This document shows, piece by piece, positions 42,358-52,582 of a stretch of DNA of 64,000 bases; positions within the stretch are counted from its first letter, which is position 1; every line of letters starts with the position of its first letter. The DNA is from Thermoprotei archaeon (GTDB lineage: Archaea > Thermoproteota > Thermoprotei > Thermoproteales > B15-G16), in the NCBI GenBank assembly GCA_003649205.1, contig QMRC01000009.1, positions 1-64,000 of the forward strand. Direction: 5' to 3'. The notes below the pieces were generated by a model. The model saw only the letters and a list, made by a program, of their open reading frames with translations, searched no databases and was not told the origin of the DNA. The position numbers were made by a program, and so were the translations under genes.

Positions 42358-42828
42358 TTGATTGGTGAGAAGAGGAGGAAGGGCATTAGTTATGAGAGAA
42401 GGCTTGTTGATCTACTTTGGAAACGTGGCTTTGCTTGTATTCGTGGTGGTGCTAGTGGTGCTGGTTCTAGGAGGAGATTTGTTCCTGATGTTGTTGCTAT
42501 GAAGAGCGGTGTTATCTTTGTATTTGAGGTTAAGGTTAGGAGTGATGAAGATGTGATCTACATCGATGTGGAGAGAATTGAGAAGTTAATGGATTTCGCT
42601 AAGAGAGCTGGTGGTAGAGCCTTCATAGCTGTCAAGTACGGTGGTTCTGAGTGGAGGTTTGTTCCTGTTGAGAAACTTCAGTTATCCAGTACAGGATCGA
42701 GCTATAAGATAGATCCAGAAACTGTCAAGAACTCTGGCTTGACGATTAAGGATTTAGAGCGTTTATATGTTAGTGCTACACAGCAGAGTTTGAGTGAGTG
42801 GGTGTGTAATGGACATGAGGGAAAGTGA
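42358..42828 (+). CDS. hjc: Holliday junction resolvase Hjc
   Basis: KGISYERRL, GFACIR, ASG, PDVVA, FEVK. Confidence 0.92.
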   Translation: MIGEKRRKGISYERRLVDLLWKRGFACIRGGASGAGSRRRFVPDVVAMKSGVIFVFEVKVRSDEDVIYIDVERIEKLMDFAKRAGGRAFIAVKYGGSEWRFVPVEKLQLSSTGSSYKIDPETVKNSGLTIKDLERLYVSATQQSLSEWVCNGHEGK

Positions 42829-43135
42829 GGTTGAGGTATTGAAGTCTAAGCTCCAGAGAATGATTAAGATGGAAGTTGACAACTTACTGAAATCCTCAAT
42901 ACCTAACGTGCTAAAGTTCACAAGAGTTGGTATCACTGGTTCATCACCTACCTCACTCACGGTATACGTCAAGATCTTTCACAGTGGTAAAGTACCGGTA
43001 AGTACGCTGTTTAGGGTTGTGGAGCTACTGAAGAAGTACTCTCGTGAGTTATACATCGATAGCCCTCATGCAGGTGCCATCAGGATTTCTGGCCCCATAT
43101 CGAGGGACTCACTAACTAAAGTTCAATTATCCTAA
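42794..43135 (+). CDS. Hypothetical protein
   Basis: 113 aa ORF overlapping the hjc 3' end. Confidence 0.6.
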   Translation: MSGCVMDMRESEVEVLKSKLQRMIKMEVDNLLKSSIPNVLKFTRVGITGSSPTSLTVYVKIFHSGKVPVSTLFRVVELLKKYSRELYIDSPHAGAIRISGPISRDSLTKVQLS

Positions 43136-43619
43136 CATCGAGAGTCTCCAGATTTACAATTGCTACAGTTCTCCTACCCGTTAAGTAGCCACAAGCTTCT
43201 CCTGGATTAACAACAATGCAGTTACCTAGCTTCTGAACCTCAGCTCTATGTGTGTGACCTCTGAGAACTATATCGTACTCACCACACTTAGCTAAGGCAC
43301 GAACTATATCTTCGTAAACTCCGTGATAAACTGCGATAGATCTACCATTGAGAACCAGGTGCAGGAACTCACCCTCAACCTCAAATTTGAGTTCCCTAGC
43401 TCTTCTCCTCAGCAACTCCCTCTCTCCATCAACATTACCAAAGACACCAACCAACTTACATCTAAGGTCCTTGAACTTAACTAAGGTGAAGGGAGCACAC
43501 CAATCACCACAATGAACAACGAGTGATACCCCCCACTCATTAAATACCTTCACAGCTCTCTCAACACTACCAATATTGTCATGAGTATCAGAAATCACTC
43601 CAATTAGCATGCGCACCAC
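43116..43619 (-). CDS. YfcE/Vps29-family metallophosphoesterase
   Basis: SDTHDN, HCGD, GNVD, GHTH, NPG. Confidence 0.92.
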   Translation of the reverse strand: MVRMLIGVISDTHDNIGSVERAVKVFNEWGVSLVVHCGDWCAPFTLVKFKDLRCKLVGVFGNVDGERELLRRRARELKFEVEGEFLHLVLNGRSIAVYHGVYEDIVRALAKCGEYDIVLRGHTHRAEVQKLGNCIVVNPGEACGYLTGRRTVAIVNLETLDVRIIEL

Positions 43620-43660
43620 CTCAACACCGTGAGAAGTACCTAAAACTGTATATCAGTTAA

Positions 43661-44044
43661 CTACACCACAACATGGTAAAATCCCAATTCCCTAAGTATG
43701 CGAGCTATGATCGATCTAGCTCTCTCAATATCTTCTTCAGTAACCGTGTAAGCCATAGGACACTCCAGATCAACAGTAATACACCTCCTATCCAAGTCAT
43801 AGACTATTGGGTACACACGACACCCTAGTGGCCTCCAGGGATAGATGATACACCTCCTCTCCTCAGGGTCATAGAATACACAATGACCATCTACATTCCT
43901 CAACCGATAGAAGCCATCAGGAGACTTAACCGCAAAGTAAGTAAGCGAGTAGCCCAATCCCTCGATCCTAGCTATGTCACTTGGAGTCAAGATCATCTCG
44001 GTTTCCTGACAACAACGACCACACCTAATACACCTAAATCCCAC
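43661..44044 (-). CDS. YkgJ-family cysteine-cluster protein
   Basis: CIRCGRCC, CVFY, CIIYPWRPLGCRVYP. Confidence 0.88.
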   Translation of the reverse strand: MGFRCIRCGRCCQETEMILTPSDIARIEGLGYSLTYFAVKSPDGFYRLRNVDGHCVFYDPEERRCIIYPWRPLGCRVYPIVYDLDRRCITVDLECPMAYTVTEEDIERARSIIARILRELGFYHVVV

Positions 44045-44060
44045 CTACATCACCCCTACT

Positions 44061-44708
44061 TCAATGACCTAAATTCCTCAACCTAATTAGTAGAAGCGAA
44101 GCTCTTACTTTCATCTCCCTAAAGGACCTACCATAGAGAGGTACACCACGATTCCTCAACTCAACTATGTACTTAGCTAACTTCTCAACACTCATCCTCA
44201 ACCTATCAGCAGCATCCTTAAAGGTCTCCGAAGACGCAATAGCCTCGATAGCCTCCATATCCCTCTCACTTAACTCAGGTAACTGCTTAGTAAAGACTTC
44301 AAGCACCTCAAGGAGACTACTCTCAACAGCATCCTTAACTATCGTATACAGTTCAAGTGGGTCAACAAGTGCTAGATCAGATAACGTTACAATCTTAACA
44401 CCTAGCTCATTAGCTAACTTCATAGCAGCATCATCAGCAAACCCCCTACAGACGACCATAGGCTTCATAGATAGTAGCTGCGCATTAACATATGCCTGAC
44501 GAATACCAGAAACATCAACTCTACCAGCTTTAACCTCAACAGCGTACAACTCACCACTCTCCCTATCACGAGCAACAATATCGACTTCACCAACCTCAAC
44601 ACCCTCAATCAATACCTTCCTATACCTCTCAACAATCTCAAAACCAAGCTCCTCTAGAAACCTAGCAGCAATCTCCTCAGAAACTCTTCCCCGTCGCAGA
44701 ATCCCCAC
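44061..44708 (-). CDS. YraN/RecB-like PD-(D/E)XK nuclease with C-terminal HTH
   Basis: EEIAARFL, EVDIVA, VEVKAG, RQAY. Confidence 0.8.
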   Translation of the reverse strand: MGILRRGRVSEEIAARFLEELGFEIVERYRKVLIEGVEVGEVDIVARDRESGELYAVEVKAGRVDVSGIRQAYVNAQLLSMKPMVVCRGFADDAAMKLANELGVKIVTLSDLALVDPLELYTIVKDAVESSLLEVLEVFTKQLPELSERDMEAIEAIASSETFKDAADRLRMSVEKLAKYIVELRNRGVPLYGRSFREMKVRASLLLIRLRNLGH

Positions 44709-44819
44709 CTACCCCCAAATAATGAACGATGAGTAAAAACCTTAGCACTCTAGACAACAATCCAAGACATTCAAGACAGAGTTATAAAATCACTCAAGTT
44801 CAAGAACAGTAGAGACACC

Positions 44820-45242
44820 ATGTCTACTCAGAACCCCTTTACAAGAGCTAAAATTCCGGTAACAGATGCTAGGATTGCAGCTACACTACTAGCACTAGCA
44901 GTTAGAACTAGCTTCACGATAAAGGACGTAGTTAACTTGCTAAAGGAATTGGGGGATACTAGAAGTGAATCGACGTTACAGGCTAAGGCTAGGGAAGTAG
45001 CTAGAGCACTATCTGAAGCAGGTATACTTAGAGCTTTGGAGAGCAGAGGTAGGAGGAAGGTATTCGCTCTCCAGCTATCGAAAGAAGATTTGGAAAAGTT
45101 CATGCCACCTTGGTTACAGAGGTACTACCGTGATGTCTTATCTAAGTTGGAGAGAGGTGAAGTCAAGATTGGGATTAGGGAGGTGAAGGAAGTCACTAAG
45201 CCAAGAACATCCACTACCCTAGATTTATTCTTTGAAGGTTAA
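44820..45242 (+). CDS. wHTH-like protein with C-terminal PIP-box-like tail
   Basis: LSEAGILR...RRKVF wing; C-terminus TTLDLFF. Confidence 0.65.
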   Translation: MSTQNPFTRAKIPVTDARIAATLLALAVRTSFTIKDVVNLLKELGDTRSESTLQAKAREVARALSEAGILRALESRGRRKVFALQLSKEDLEKFMPPWLQRYYRDVLSKLERGEVKIGIREVKEVTKPRTSTTLDLFFEG

Positions 45243-45260
45243 AAACTGAATTGAACTTGT

Positions 45261-45337
45261 TGGCGGCCCCGCCGGGATTTGAACCCGGGACCTGCGGTTC
45301 CGGAGACCGCCGCCCTTCCAGGCTAGGCCACGGGGCC
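45261..45337 (-). tRNA. tRNA-Arg(CCG), CCA encoded
   Basis: GGCCCCG/CGGGGCC acceptor; anticodon arm GCGGT-CTCCGGA-ACCGC. Confidence 0.96.
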
Positions 45338-45421
45338 TAGATGCACCTAATTTATAGGGGTCTTATCTACTTACCTCCCACTAACCCTTAAATAGTTGAG
45401 AGTCGCTCACTAAGTGAGCGA

Positions 45422-45829
45422 TTGTGTCAGATGTGGGTCTCTATGTCGTATATTGAGAGGGTTCAGTCAAAGGAAGATAGTAGGAAGAGGTACTTAATGG
45501 AACTTATCGATGGAGAATCTGTTATGGGTGCTGCTATCATTGACTCTAGTGGTGTACCAATTCTCTGGCACTTACCACCATCATTAACAGCGAAGTCGAT
45601 AAGTGCTGTTATGGCGATGATTGAGTACCTGATGAAGGTTAAGCAGACAACAACTGATTTACTTGGTCAACACCTCTATACTGTTGTCAGATTCCAGAGG
45701 TTTAAGGTAGCTTACTTTGACCTTGAAGGTAAGGGCTGGTTAATTATATTTGTGAACCCAATATGGCATGTAGAACTCCTCCTACCAAAGGTAAGGAAGG
45801 TTCTTCATCAATTAACTAAATTATTGTGA
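45422..45829 (+). CDS. Roadblock/LC7-like protein
   Basis: VMGAAIIDSSGVPI beta-hairpin and helix pattern. Confidence 0.65.
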   Translation: MCQMWVSMSYIERVQSKEDSRKRYLMELIDGESVMGAAIIDSSGVPILWHLPPSLTAKSISAVMAMIEYLMKVKQTTTDLLGQHLYTVVRFQRFKVAYFDLEGKGWLIIFVNPIWHVELLLPKVRKVLHQLTKLL

Positions 45830-45838
45830 TTCTGTGAA

Positions 45839-47512
45839 ATGCTAGAGAGTACAGTAGATATAGCACATTTAGCAAGGTGCTTGATAGCTAAGCCCTTATA
45901 CGTGAAGTTACTTCCAATAACTCTTTCAGGTAGTAGGTACCTAGAGGTTTTAGTTAGGAGAATTCGAAAGGTTCAGTATGCTGACGGTTCTGTACCTTTT
46001 AGATTCGAGAGTGGTGCGAGTCCTAGCATACTGTACACTGCTGAAGCAGCTATTGCTCTCTACCTATCGGGTTCTAGAGATGAGTATCGGAGGGCTCTCT
46101 CCTTTATAATCAATAAGCAGAGGAGTGATGGTTTATGGTCTGAGGTTGCTGAGCTATATGATGTATCTAAGGAGTTTGTCTGTGGTCTTGATTACATTAG
46201 TCTTAGGCCTAAGTTAAGTGCTTACGTGTGTTTTGTTTTATCACCACTTTATCGAAGCGATGAGTATGTGAGAGAGATCATTGATTTGGCTCTACGTACC
46301 TTAGCTAGGTACCTGAAATTTGAAGGGTGGTTTGGTGCAACGACCGTCCCTGATATCGAACTAACCGTACTCATGGCGTACCTATGTAGGTTATTTAGAG
46401 GGGACTTATATCCTAGGGTCTATAGGTTCCTCACCAATTTCCTCTCTAGTCAAAGCCAGGTAATGGTTTTGACTTCAGCACATGGTAGGAGGGTGTATGA
46501 GGTTGTTCTTACAGCTCTTGCTCTACTACCTCATGTAGATGAGGTACCTGGTGTCAGTAGTGTTTTGAGTAGTTTATTGAGAAGTAGTTGTGTTGATGGT
46601 TTTTGGAGTTTTTGCAGAAGGGCTAAGTACAGTAATTATGTAGAGAGTAAGCATGTTTTGTCTCTTGCTATCGTTAATGATCCTGGGTTTAGAGATGGGT
46701 TGCGGGTTGCATTAAATGAGCTTAGTGAGTTAGTTATGAGGGTTCGTGGTGTTGCTCAGAAGTTGAGTATAGATTACGTTTCTGAGCTTCGTAGTGAATT
46801 GATTTCTGCTACTGTTTCTAATGATGTTCGTGAGCTAGTGTTCGTAGCATTCTTAGAGGCATTGATTCTATCTGGTTATCTACGGGGTGAATTGCGGAAT
46901 TTAGTGCGTATGTTCTCTTCGTGTGATTCTGTTCCGCTCTCGGTTAAGTTATTTAGGGATTTCATTATGAGCTGTGATGAGGGTACGGTTCGAAGTGTAT
47001 TTGATTTCTGTGTACTGTTGTGTAGGTATGTGATTGATCGTGTTAGCTCGTTTATTGATGAGAAGTGTAAGTTAGCTACTCTAGCTGAATTGCATAGGTT
47101 TCTCACGTTGAGGAGCTTAGTTCCTAAGTCTGAGTTAGTTAAAATTGTTGAGAGAGCTGTCTACTGCTTTCCTGGTGTTTCTGAGTTAGCTTCTCAGCTA
47201 TTTACTTTCATTTGTTCTTCTGTGCTTCGATTGTGGGGTGATGATGTAAGTGCTGATGTTAGGTGCCCTGTCTTGAGAGATCTACTCATTGTTCTCAGGA
47301 ATGTTGGTCTTGCTCCCAGCTATCTACTTTCACTTAGGTCGAAGAGTAGATTTAGGGAGGAGTTTCTGTCATTGATTGGTGATGTTACTGAGAATGAATG
47401 GGAGGTAATGTCATTGCTAATCATTGTTCCTAGGTGTAAGTGGGGTCAGTGTGCTTCTACGGATGCTCGTTTCCGATGTCCTCTCTACGATTTCTGTAGT
47501 TCGAGGAGGTAG
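45839..47512 (+). CDS. Prenyltransferase-repeat protein fused to an HhH-like/4-Cys domain
   Basis: QYADGS, QRSDGLW, EGWF, DGFW repeats; FPGVSELASQLF; CKWGQC...CPLYDFC. Confidence 0.6.
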   Translation: MLESTVDIAHLARCLIAKPLYVKLLPITLSGSRYLEVLVRRIRKVQYADGSVPFRFESGASPSILYTAEAAIALYLSGSRDEYRRALSFIINKQRSDGLWSEVAELYDVSKEFVCGLDYISLRPKLSAYVCFVLSPLYRSDEYVREIIDLALRTLARYLKFEGWFGATTVPDIELTVLMAYLCRLFRGDLYPRVYRFLTNFLSSQSQVMVLTSAHGRRVYEVVLTALALLPHVDEVPGVSSVLSSLLRSSCVDGFWSFCRRAKYSNYVESKHVLSLAIVNDPGFRDGLRVALNELSELVMRVRGVAQKLSIDYVSELRSELISATVSNDVRELVFVAFLEALILSGYLRGELRNLVRMFSSCDSVPLSVKLFRDFIMSCDEGTVRSVFDFCVLLCRYVIDRVSSFIDEKCKLATLAELHRFLTLRSLVPKSELVKIVERAVYCFPGVSELASQLFTFICSSVLRLWGDDVSADVRCPVLRDLLIVLRNVGLAPSYLLSLRSKSRFREEFLSLIGDVTENEWEVMSLLIIVPRCKWGQCASTDARFRCPLYDFCSSRR

Positions 47513-47516
47513 TGCT

Positions 47517-48869
47517 TTACTTCTGTATCACTCTGATATCTTCAAAGACTATCCATGGAGTTAGTAGATTCGCTCTCTGTCTTAGACCTCTACATATGTA
47601 CATGACTTTTCTCGATAGTAGTTCATAGGTATTGCCTGCTAGCATGATTCCTCTCACGGGTAGTAGCTCTCCTCTCTTAACAATCCATGCCGGTACTGCT
47701 ACGACACTGAACTCACCGGTTTCAGGGTTGCTGCTATGAGCACCCTGTAGGTTGTCTACTAGTAGTCCATAGCTTAGCTCCTCTAGTACTTCACTAGGTG
47801 ATGTATCCCCTTCCTGTACTATGAGGTTACTGTACTCTATCCTCGGTGTTACTGTGTAGAAGCCTCTGTGAGCGTTTCCTGTCGATTCGGTACCTGATCT
47901 ATATGCCCAGTATAGGTTGTAGATGAAGTTTCTCAAGATACCTTTCTCTATGAGTATGGTTCTCCTCCTCGGTACACCTTCGTCATCAAATTTAGATGAT
48001 GAGATACCTCCTCTCATAGTTCCATCATCAACTATTGTTAGCTTCTCACTAAGTACTTTCTCACCTAATTTACCAGTGAAGGGGCTCCTACCGAGAGCAA
48101 CACTATCTCCTTTCAGTGCTATGGTGAGTGTGTACTTCAGTAACTCGTATAGTGCGTATTCTGTCATCACTACTGGTGCTCTGTACCTATCGAACTTAAC
48201 GGGGTGAAGTGACTTAATAGCATACTCACAAGCATCCTTCATTACAGCACCTATATCAGGTAACTCAGTTCGTGAGAGAGCTTCTCTATAGATGACAGGT
48301 GACGTATCAGTACCATCATTAGCAACTACATCAACAGCAAATATTGAATGCGTTGTGGTTTCACCTAGATTTAATCCTCTCGTGTTCACCACTACTCGAG
48401 TTACCTCACTCACCTCAAGAGTACTGCTAACGATGTGAATCCTCTTATCCTGAAGTACTTCACCTAGGTGATTCCTCATGAGTTCAACTAATTGATCCAA
48501 CTCTGTACTTACTAGCTTCACACTATAGAGATCCTCAACCTCTGGGTAGTGGGAGTAGTATGGGAAGCCTTCCCATTTCTCCTCTCTCGCAGATACCTTC
48601 GCTACTGAGATAGCTCCATCAATTGCCCTCTTCACAGCTCCATCCCTTAGATCATTTGTAAATGCAAAACCAATACGCTTGTCTAGAACCACTCGAATAC
48701 CAAGACCAACCTCACCACTCTCATGTGCTAGAAACAACTCATTATTCTGAACCTCAACAACCTTACTCCTAACAGCTAGTACGTAGACCTCTGCCTCATC
48801 AATACCTCTCTCAAGAACCTTCTTCAAAACCGAGTCACCAATACCTAGGTACCCATCTAGAGTACTCAA
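47517..48869 (-). CDS. tldE: TldE/PmbA
   Basis: GLGIRV, FDDEGVP, STGNAHR, TGEFS; no HExxxH. Confidence 0.88.
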   Translation of the reverse strand: MSTLDGYLGIGDSVLKKVLERGIDEAEVYVLAVRSKVVEVQNNELFLAHESGEVGLGIRVVLDKRIGFAFTNDLRDGAVKRAIDGAISVAKVSAREEKWEGFPYYSHYPEVEDLYSVKLVSTELDQLVELMRNHLGEVLQDKRIHIVSSTLEVSEVTRVVVNTRGLNLGETTTHSIFAVDVVANDGTDTSPVIYREALSRTELPDIGAVMKDACEYAIKSLHPVKFDRYRAPVVMTEYALYELLKYTLTIALKGDSVALGRSPFTGKLGEKVLSEKLTIVDDGTMRGGISSSKFDDEGVPRRRTILIEKGILRNFIYNLYWAYRSGTESTGNAHRGFYTVTPRIEYSNLIVQEGDTSPSEVLEELSYGLLVDNLQGAHSSNPETGEFSVVAVPAWIVKRGELLPVRGIMLAGNTYELLSRKVMYICRGLRQRANLLTPWIVFEDIRVIQK

Positions 48870-50275
48870 GTAGCTTCACCACCTACGACTATTCTCCTAA
48901 CACGAATATGCGGACCACCATCAGATACGAGAACTGTTTGACCCTTACCACACCTACCGTAGCTTATATCGAAGTCCTTCGCCACAGCATCCACCTCCAT
49001 CAAGGTATCGAGAGTGTTACCGCTAATACTGACATTCCGTACAGGATCACCAACCTCACCATTCACAATCTCGTACGCCTCCTGAATACCTACCTGAAAT
49101 GTACCATCTAGATTCGCTTGACCACCTCTAACACTCACAAGGTAATACCCAAACTCAATACCCTCAAACAACTCATTAACTTCGTAATCACCAGGTAAGA
49201 GCACAGTATTCCTCATTCTGATGAGAGGCCATACCCTATAGCTCTCTGCTCTAGCGTTTCCTGTAGGTGATGTACCTAATTTAGCAGCGTACTCTCTATC
49301 CACCATCAACTCCTTAGCAATACCCTTCTCTATCAAAAATGCCTTCCTCGCCTCAACCCCCTCGTCATCGTACTTGAAGGTACCGTATGCACCAGGTATT
49401 GTTGGATCATCAACTATCGTAACTAACTCACTAGCTATCTTCTTCCCCATCTTATCCCTTATAGCACTACCACTCAACGTTAAATCCGCCTCAGCTAAGT
49501 GACCAAAAGCCTCGTGAACAAAAGTCCCAACAACTTCCGGTGCTAAGACAACAGGAAATGTACCACCTTTAGGGGTCTTAGCTCTCAATTGCTTTTTCAA
49601 TCTCTCCTTAACGACAGTAGCTATTTCGTGCTGAGGCCACTTCCTCCACAGTGTATATCCATCGATAGTTCCCTTTGAATCCCTAACAGAAGCTACAACA
49701 GGCCCCTCCCTCCCAACAACCCATGTGTGAAACCACGTGTAGCAATACTCCTGTACTATAGACCTACCTTCACTACTCACATATACCTTAGCTCCAACCT
49801 CGTCACTGTACCTAGCAATTACACTCTTGACATACCCCTCACGAGCTATCTCCCTATGGTACTCAAGTAAATCTCGAACCTTCTCACTAGTACTCACACT
49901 TCGTGGATCTAGAGCTAGAGAAGCCTTAACGTAGTCCTCACAGGAAGGTAGTGTGTACACCCTGTGTTCTGCTCTTGCTCTCACAGCAAGAGCCTTAGCA
50001 GCCTTTAAGGCACTCCTAACACAATTCACTAGAGATTCTCTAGTCAGTACACTTGTTGTCGAGAACCCCCATGATCCTCTATACAACACCCTAATACATG
50101 CCCCTCTCTCAATACCTTGTTTGATGGCGGTAACAACACCATTACTTAACTCGACGTAGAAGGTGGTGCACAACTCAGCTCTAGCATCGATAAATGATGC
50201 ACCCTCTCTCATACCTAGCTCAATACATCCCCTAAGTAGTTCAGCCACGTACTGTACATCGTTTTCCTTGCTCAT
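48866..50275 (-). CDS. tldD: TldD metalloprotease
   Basis: HEAFGHLAEAD, YDDEG, GNARA, RMRNT, CGK. Confidence 0.93.
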   Translation of the reverse strand: MSKENDVQYVAELLRGCIELGMREGASFIDARAELCTTFYVELSNGVVTAIKQGIERGACIRVLYRGSWGFSTTSVLTRESLVNCVRSALKAAKALAVRARAEHRVYTLPSCEDYVKASLALDPRSVSTSEKVRDLLEYHREIAREGYVKSVIARYSDEVGAKVYVSSEGRSIVQEYCYTWFHTWVVGREGPVVASVRDSKGTIDGYTLWRKWPQHEIATVVKERLKKQLRAKTPKGGTFPVVLAPEVVGTFVHEAFGHLAEADLTLSGSAIRDKMGKKIASELVTIVDDPTIPGAYGTFKYDDEGVEARKAFLIEKGIAKELMVDREYAAKLGTSPTGNARAESYRVWPLIRMRNTVLLPGDYEVNELFEGIEFGYYLVSVRGGQANLDGTFQVGIQEAYEIVNGEVGDPVRNVSISGNTLDTLMEVDAVAKDFDISYGRCGKGQTVLVSDGGPHIRVRRIVVGGEAT

Positions 50276-50456
50276 TGGGAAGTACCCCAGACCGTAGTAC
50301 TAGGTATCAAATTTAAGCGTTGACATGTATAAACCGTACGTCTCTGTGAAGTGCTTTAGCTCACTTACCCCCATCAACTATATGTCCTGAGTGAGGAAAG
50401 TATTAAAGGGTGATATACGTTCTCTAGATGGCGCTTGAAGTTTATTGATTTGGTGT

Positions 50457-50509
50457 GGATGAAGAAGGTTTCTGGTGCTGAGTAGTGATGATGGCTTGAT
50501 TGGCGGATC
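50457..50509 (+). ncRNA. C/D box sRNA
   Basis: C ATGAAGA, AGGTTTCTGGTG, D' CTGA, C' GTGATGA, TGGCTTGATTGG, D-like CGGA; second guide complements 23S-like CCAATCAAGCC. Confidence 0.7.
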
Positions 50510-50680
50510 AGTATTCAATTACTTTAGCTAGCTCTGTACTCGAGGTACGTACTGAAGTAATGCTATGTATCAGCTCATGAGGCAGAGCCTCTTAGAGATT
50601 CAGCACCAACTATACAATGTTTTCCTCAGGTAAATCCTTAAATGTACCGAAGTCCTCTATAATGCTAGCAGTGTTCTTGT

Positions 50681-50965
50681 GTGGTGCTTTATATGCCAAA
50701 GAGACCGACAACGAAAGTTCTTGAACGTAAGAAGCAAATACTTGAGATCTTGAGAAATCAAGGAGAGTTACCTACGTCTGAGATAGTTAGGATGACAGGA
50801 TTATCACATTCACAGGTATTTTACACTCTTCGACTACTGCAGAAAGAAGGTCTTGTTGAGGAGGTGAAGCGTGGTAAGGTAGCTTACTGGAGAGTGAGAG
50901 AAGAAGCTCTTGAAAGTAGTACTCGTAGAGAGAAGGGTGAAGGTACTGAGGAGAAGGTAATCTAG
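50681..50965 (+). CDS. wHTH transcription regulator
   Basis: TSEIVRMTGLSHSQVFYTLRLL..EGLV..VKRGK. Confidence 0.85.
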   Translation: MVLYMPKRPTTKVLERKKQILEILRNQGELPTSEIVRMTGLSHSQVFYTLRLLQKEGLVEEVKRGKVAYWRVREEALESSTRREKGEGTEEKVI

Positions 50966-51222
50966 TGTTTCACTCTTCTTCTGAGTAACCTCACGATCTT
51001 GTCTACTACAGATTCTCTCTTTTTCTCCTTCTTCCTCTCTAACTCTAAGTACGCTCTCTCAATGAAGAACTCCTCACATATGTCTCTGGGTACGTAGTAC
51101 GGGCATGAGGAGTACCTCTCGTGAAATATTATAGTTTCACCTCTCCTATGGCAATACCCAACTCCTCTCCTAATCTCTTCGTAATATATGCACTTTTCGC
51201 AGTGAGAGTTCACTCTTCCCAC
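50962..51222 (-). CDS. Small Cys-rich protein
   Basis: CEKC...C...CPYY. Confidence 0.6.
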   Translation of the reverse strand: MGRVNSHCEKCIYYEEIRRGVGYCHRRGETIIFHERYSSCPYYVPRDICEEFFIERAYLELERKKEKKRESVVDKIVRLLRRRVKH

Positions 51223-51296
51223 CTCATATCTACGTAATACGTAATTAGCAAAAGGTTTAACTCTACAGATTTGCTAGCTTATACTGGTGTTAAAGT

Positions 51297-52067
51297 ATGA
51301 AGGATAGAGTTAGGACTGGCGTTCCTGGAATGGATGAGTTACTGAATGGGGGTATTCCAAGGAGGAACATAGTGTTGCTATCTGGTGGTCCAGGTACTGG
51401 TAAGTCAATATTTGGTCAACAGTTCCTGTACTACGGTTTGACACAGGGTGAGGCAGGGGTCTTTGTTGCTCTTGAGGAGCATCCTGTAGCTGTTAGGATT
51501 AACATGGCTCACTTCGGCTGGGATGTTAGGAGGTACGAGCAAGAGGGTAAGTTCGCTATAGTTGATGCATTTACTGGTGGTATTGGTGAAGCTGCTAAGA
51601 GGGAGAAGTATGTTGTTCGTGATCCAGACGACATACCATCACTACTGGACGTACTTAAGGAAGCAATAAAGGATGTTGGTGCTGAGAGGGTTGTTGTTGA
51701 TTCAGTATCTACACTCTACTTAACGAAGCCCTCAGTAGCTAGAGCTGTTGTCATGCAGTTGAAGAGAGTGGTCAGTGGTCTCGGCTGTACAGCAATCTTC
51801 GTATCACAGGTATCGGCAGGTGAACGTGGATTTGGTGGTCCTGGTGTCGAGCATGCTGTTGATGGTATAATTAGGCTAGATCTGGATGAGATTAATGGTG
51901 AGCTGTATAGGAGCTTAATTGTCTGGAAAATGAGGGGTACGAAGCACTCGATGAAGAGACATCCATTTGAGATAACGGATAAGGGCATCATAGTGTACCC
52001 GAACAAAGTATTTAAGGTGACTAGGAGAGGAGTTGAAATATCTGAGATAGGTGAAGGTGAGGAGTGA
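51297..52067 (+). CDS. Single-domain KaiC-like (RecA superfamily) ATPase
   Basis: [29 protein letters not shown]. Confidence 0.92.
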   Translation: MKDRVRTGVPGMDELLNGGIPRRNIVLLSGGPGTGKSIFGQQFLYYGLTQGEAGVFVALEEHPVAVRINMAHFGWDVRRYEQEGKFAIVDAFTGGIGEAAKREKYVVRDPDDIPSLLDVLKEAIKDVGAERVVVDSVSTLYLTKPSVARAVVMQLKRVVSGLGCTAIFVSQVSAGERGFGGPGVEHAVDGIIRLDLDEINGELYRSLIVWKMRGTKHSMKRHPFEITDKGIIVYPNKVFKVTRRGVEISEIGEGEE

Positions 52068-52582
52068 TGGAGGAGTTTGATCGCTGGTTGAGGAGATGGA
52101 GGAAGTTCATGGAAGATATTGACAGGATGTTTGATGAATTGTTCAGAGAAGCGATGAAGGGTATAGAGAGAGGTGTTGGGAGACCTGGTTGCTACTACTA
52201 TGGTTTCTCCATAACTATAGGGCCTGATGGTGTGCCCAAAATCAGAGAATGGGGAAACATAAGACCAGGCATTGTAAGGCCGAAGATCATGGAGGCTATA
52301 GAGCCGTTTTACGATATTGTTGATGAAGGTGATAAGCTCAAGATAATTGTTGAGATGCCTGGTGTCGAGAAAGAAGATATCAGGGTTAAAGCTAGTGAAG
52401 ACAAGGTAATAGTTAGTGCGGAGAGAGAGGATAGAAAGTACTACCGTGAGATAGAGCTACCAACCAAGGTAATACCCAAGACAGCTAAGGCACAGTACAG
52501 GAATGGTGTACTCACGATAACAGTTGAGAAGAAGGAGAAACCACCAAAGCCAGAAGAGGGATTTGAGGTAAGAGTAGAGTGA
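52064..52582 (+). CDS. Archaeal Hsp20
   Basis: [24 protein letters not shown]. Confidence 0.92.
   Translation: MMEEFDRWLRRWRKFMEDIDRMFDELFREAMKGIERGVGRPGCYYYGFSITIGPDGVPKIREWGNIRPGIVRPKIMEAIEPFYDIVDEGDKLKIIVEMPGVEKEDIRVKASEDKVIVSAEREDRKYYREIELPTKVIPKTAKAQYRNGVLTITVEKKEKPPKPEEGFEVRVE

Noticed and set aside
47517-50275. TldD/E as part of a RiPP cluster with the prenyltransferase-like gene
   Set aside because: Convergent orientation, tldDE is widespread housekeeping, and no precursor peptide is adjacent.
51297-52067. Circadian clock
   Set aside because: Single-domain archaeal KaiC-like ATPase; no kaiA or kaiB.
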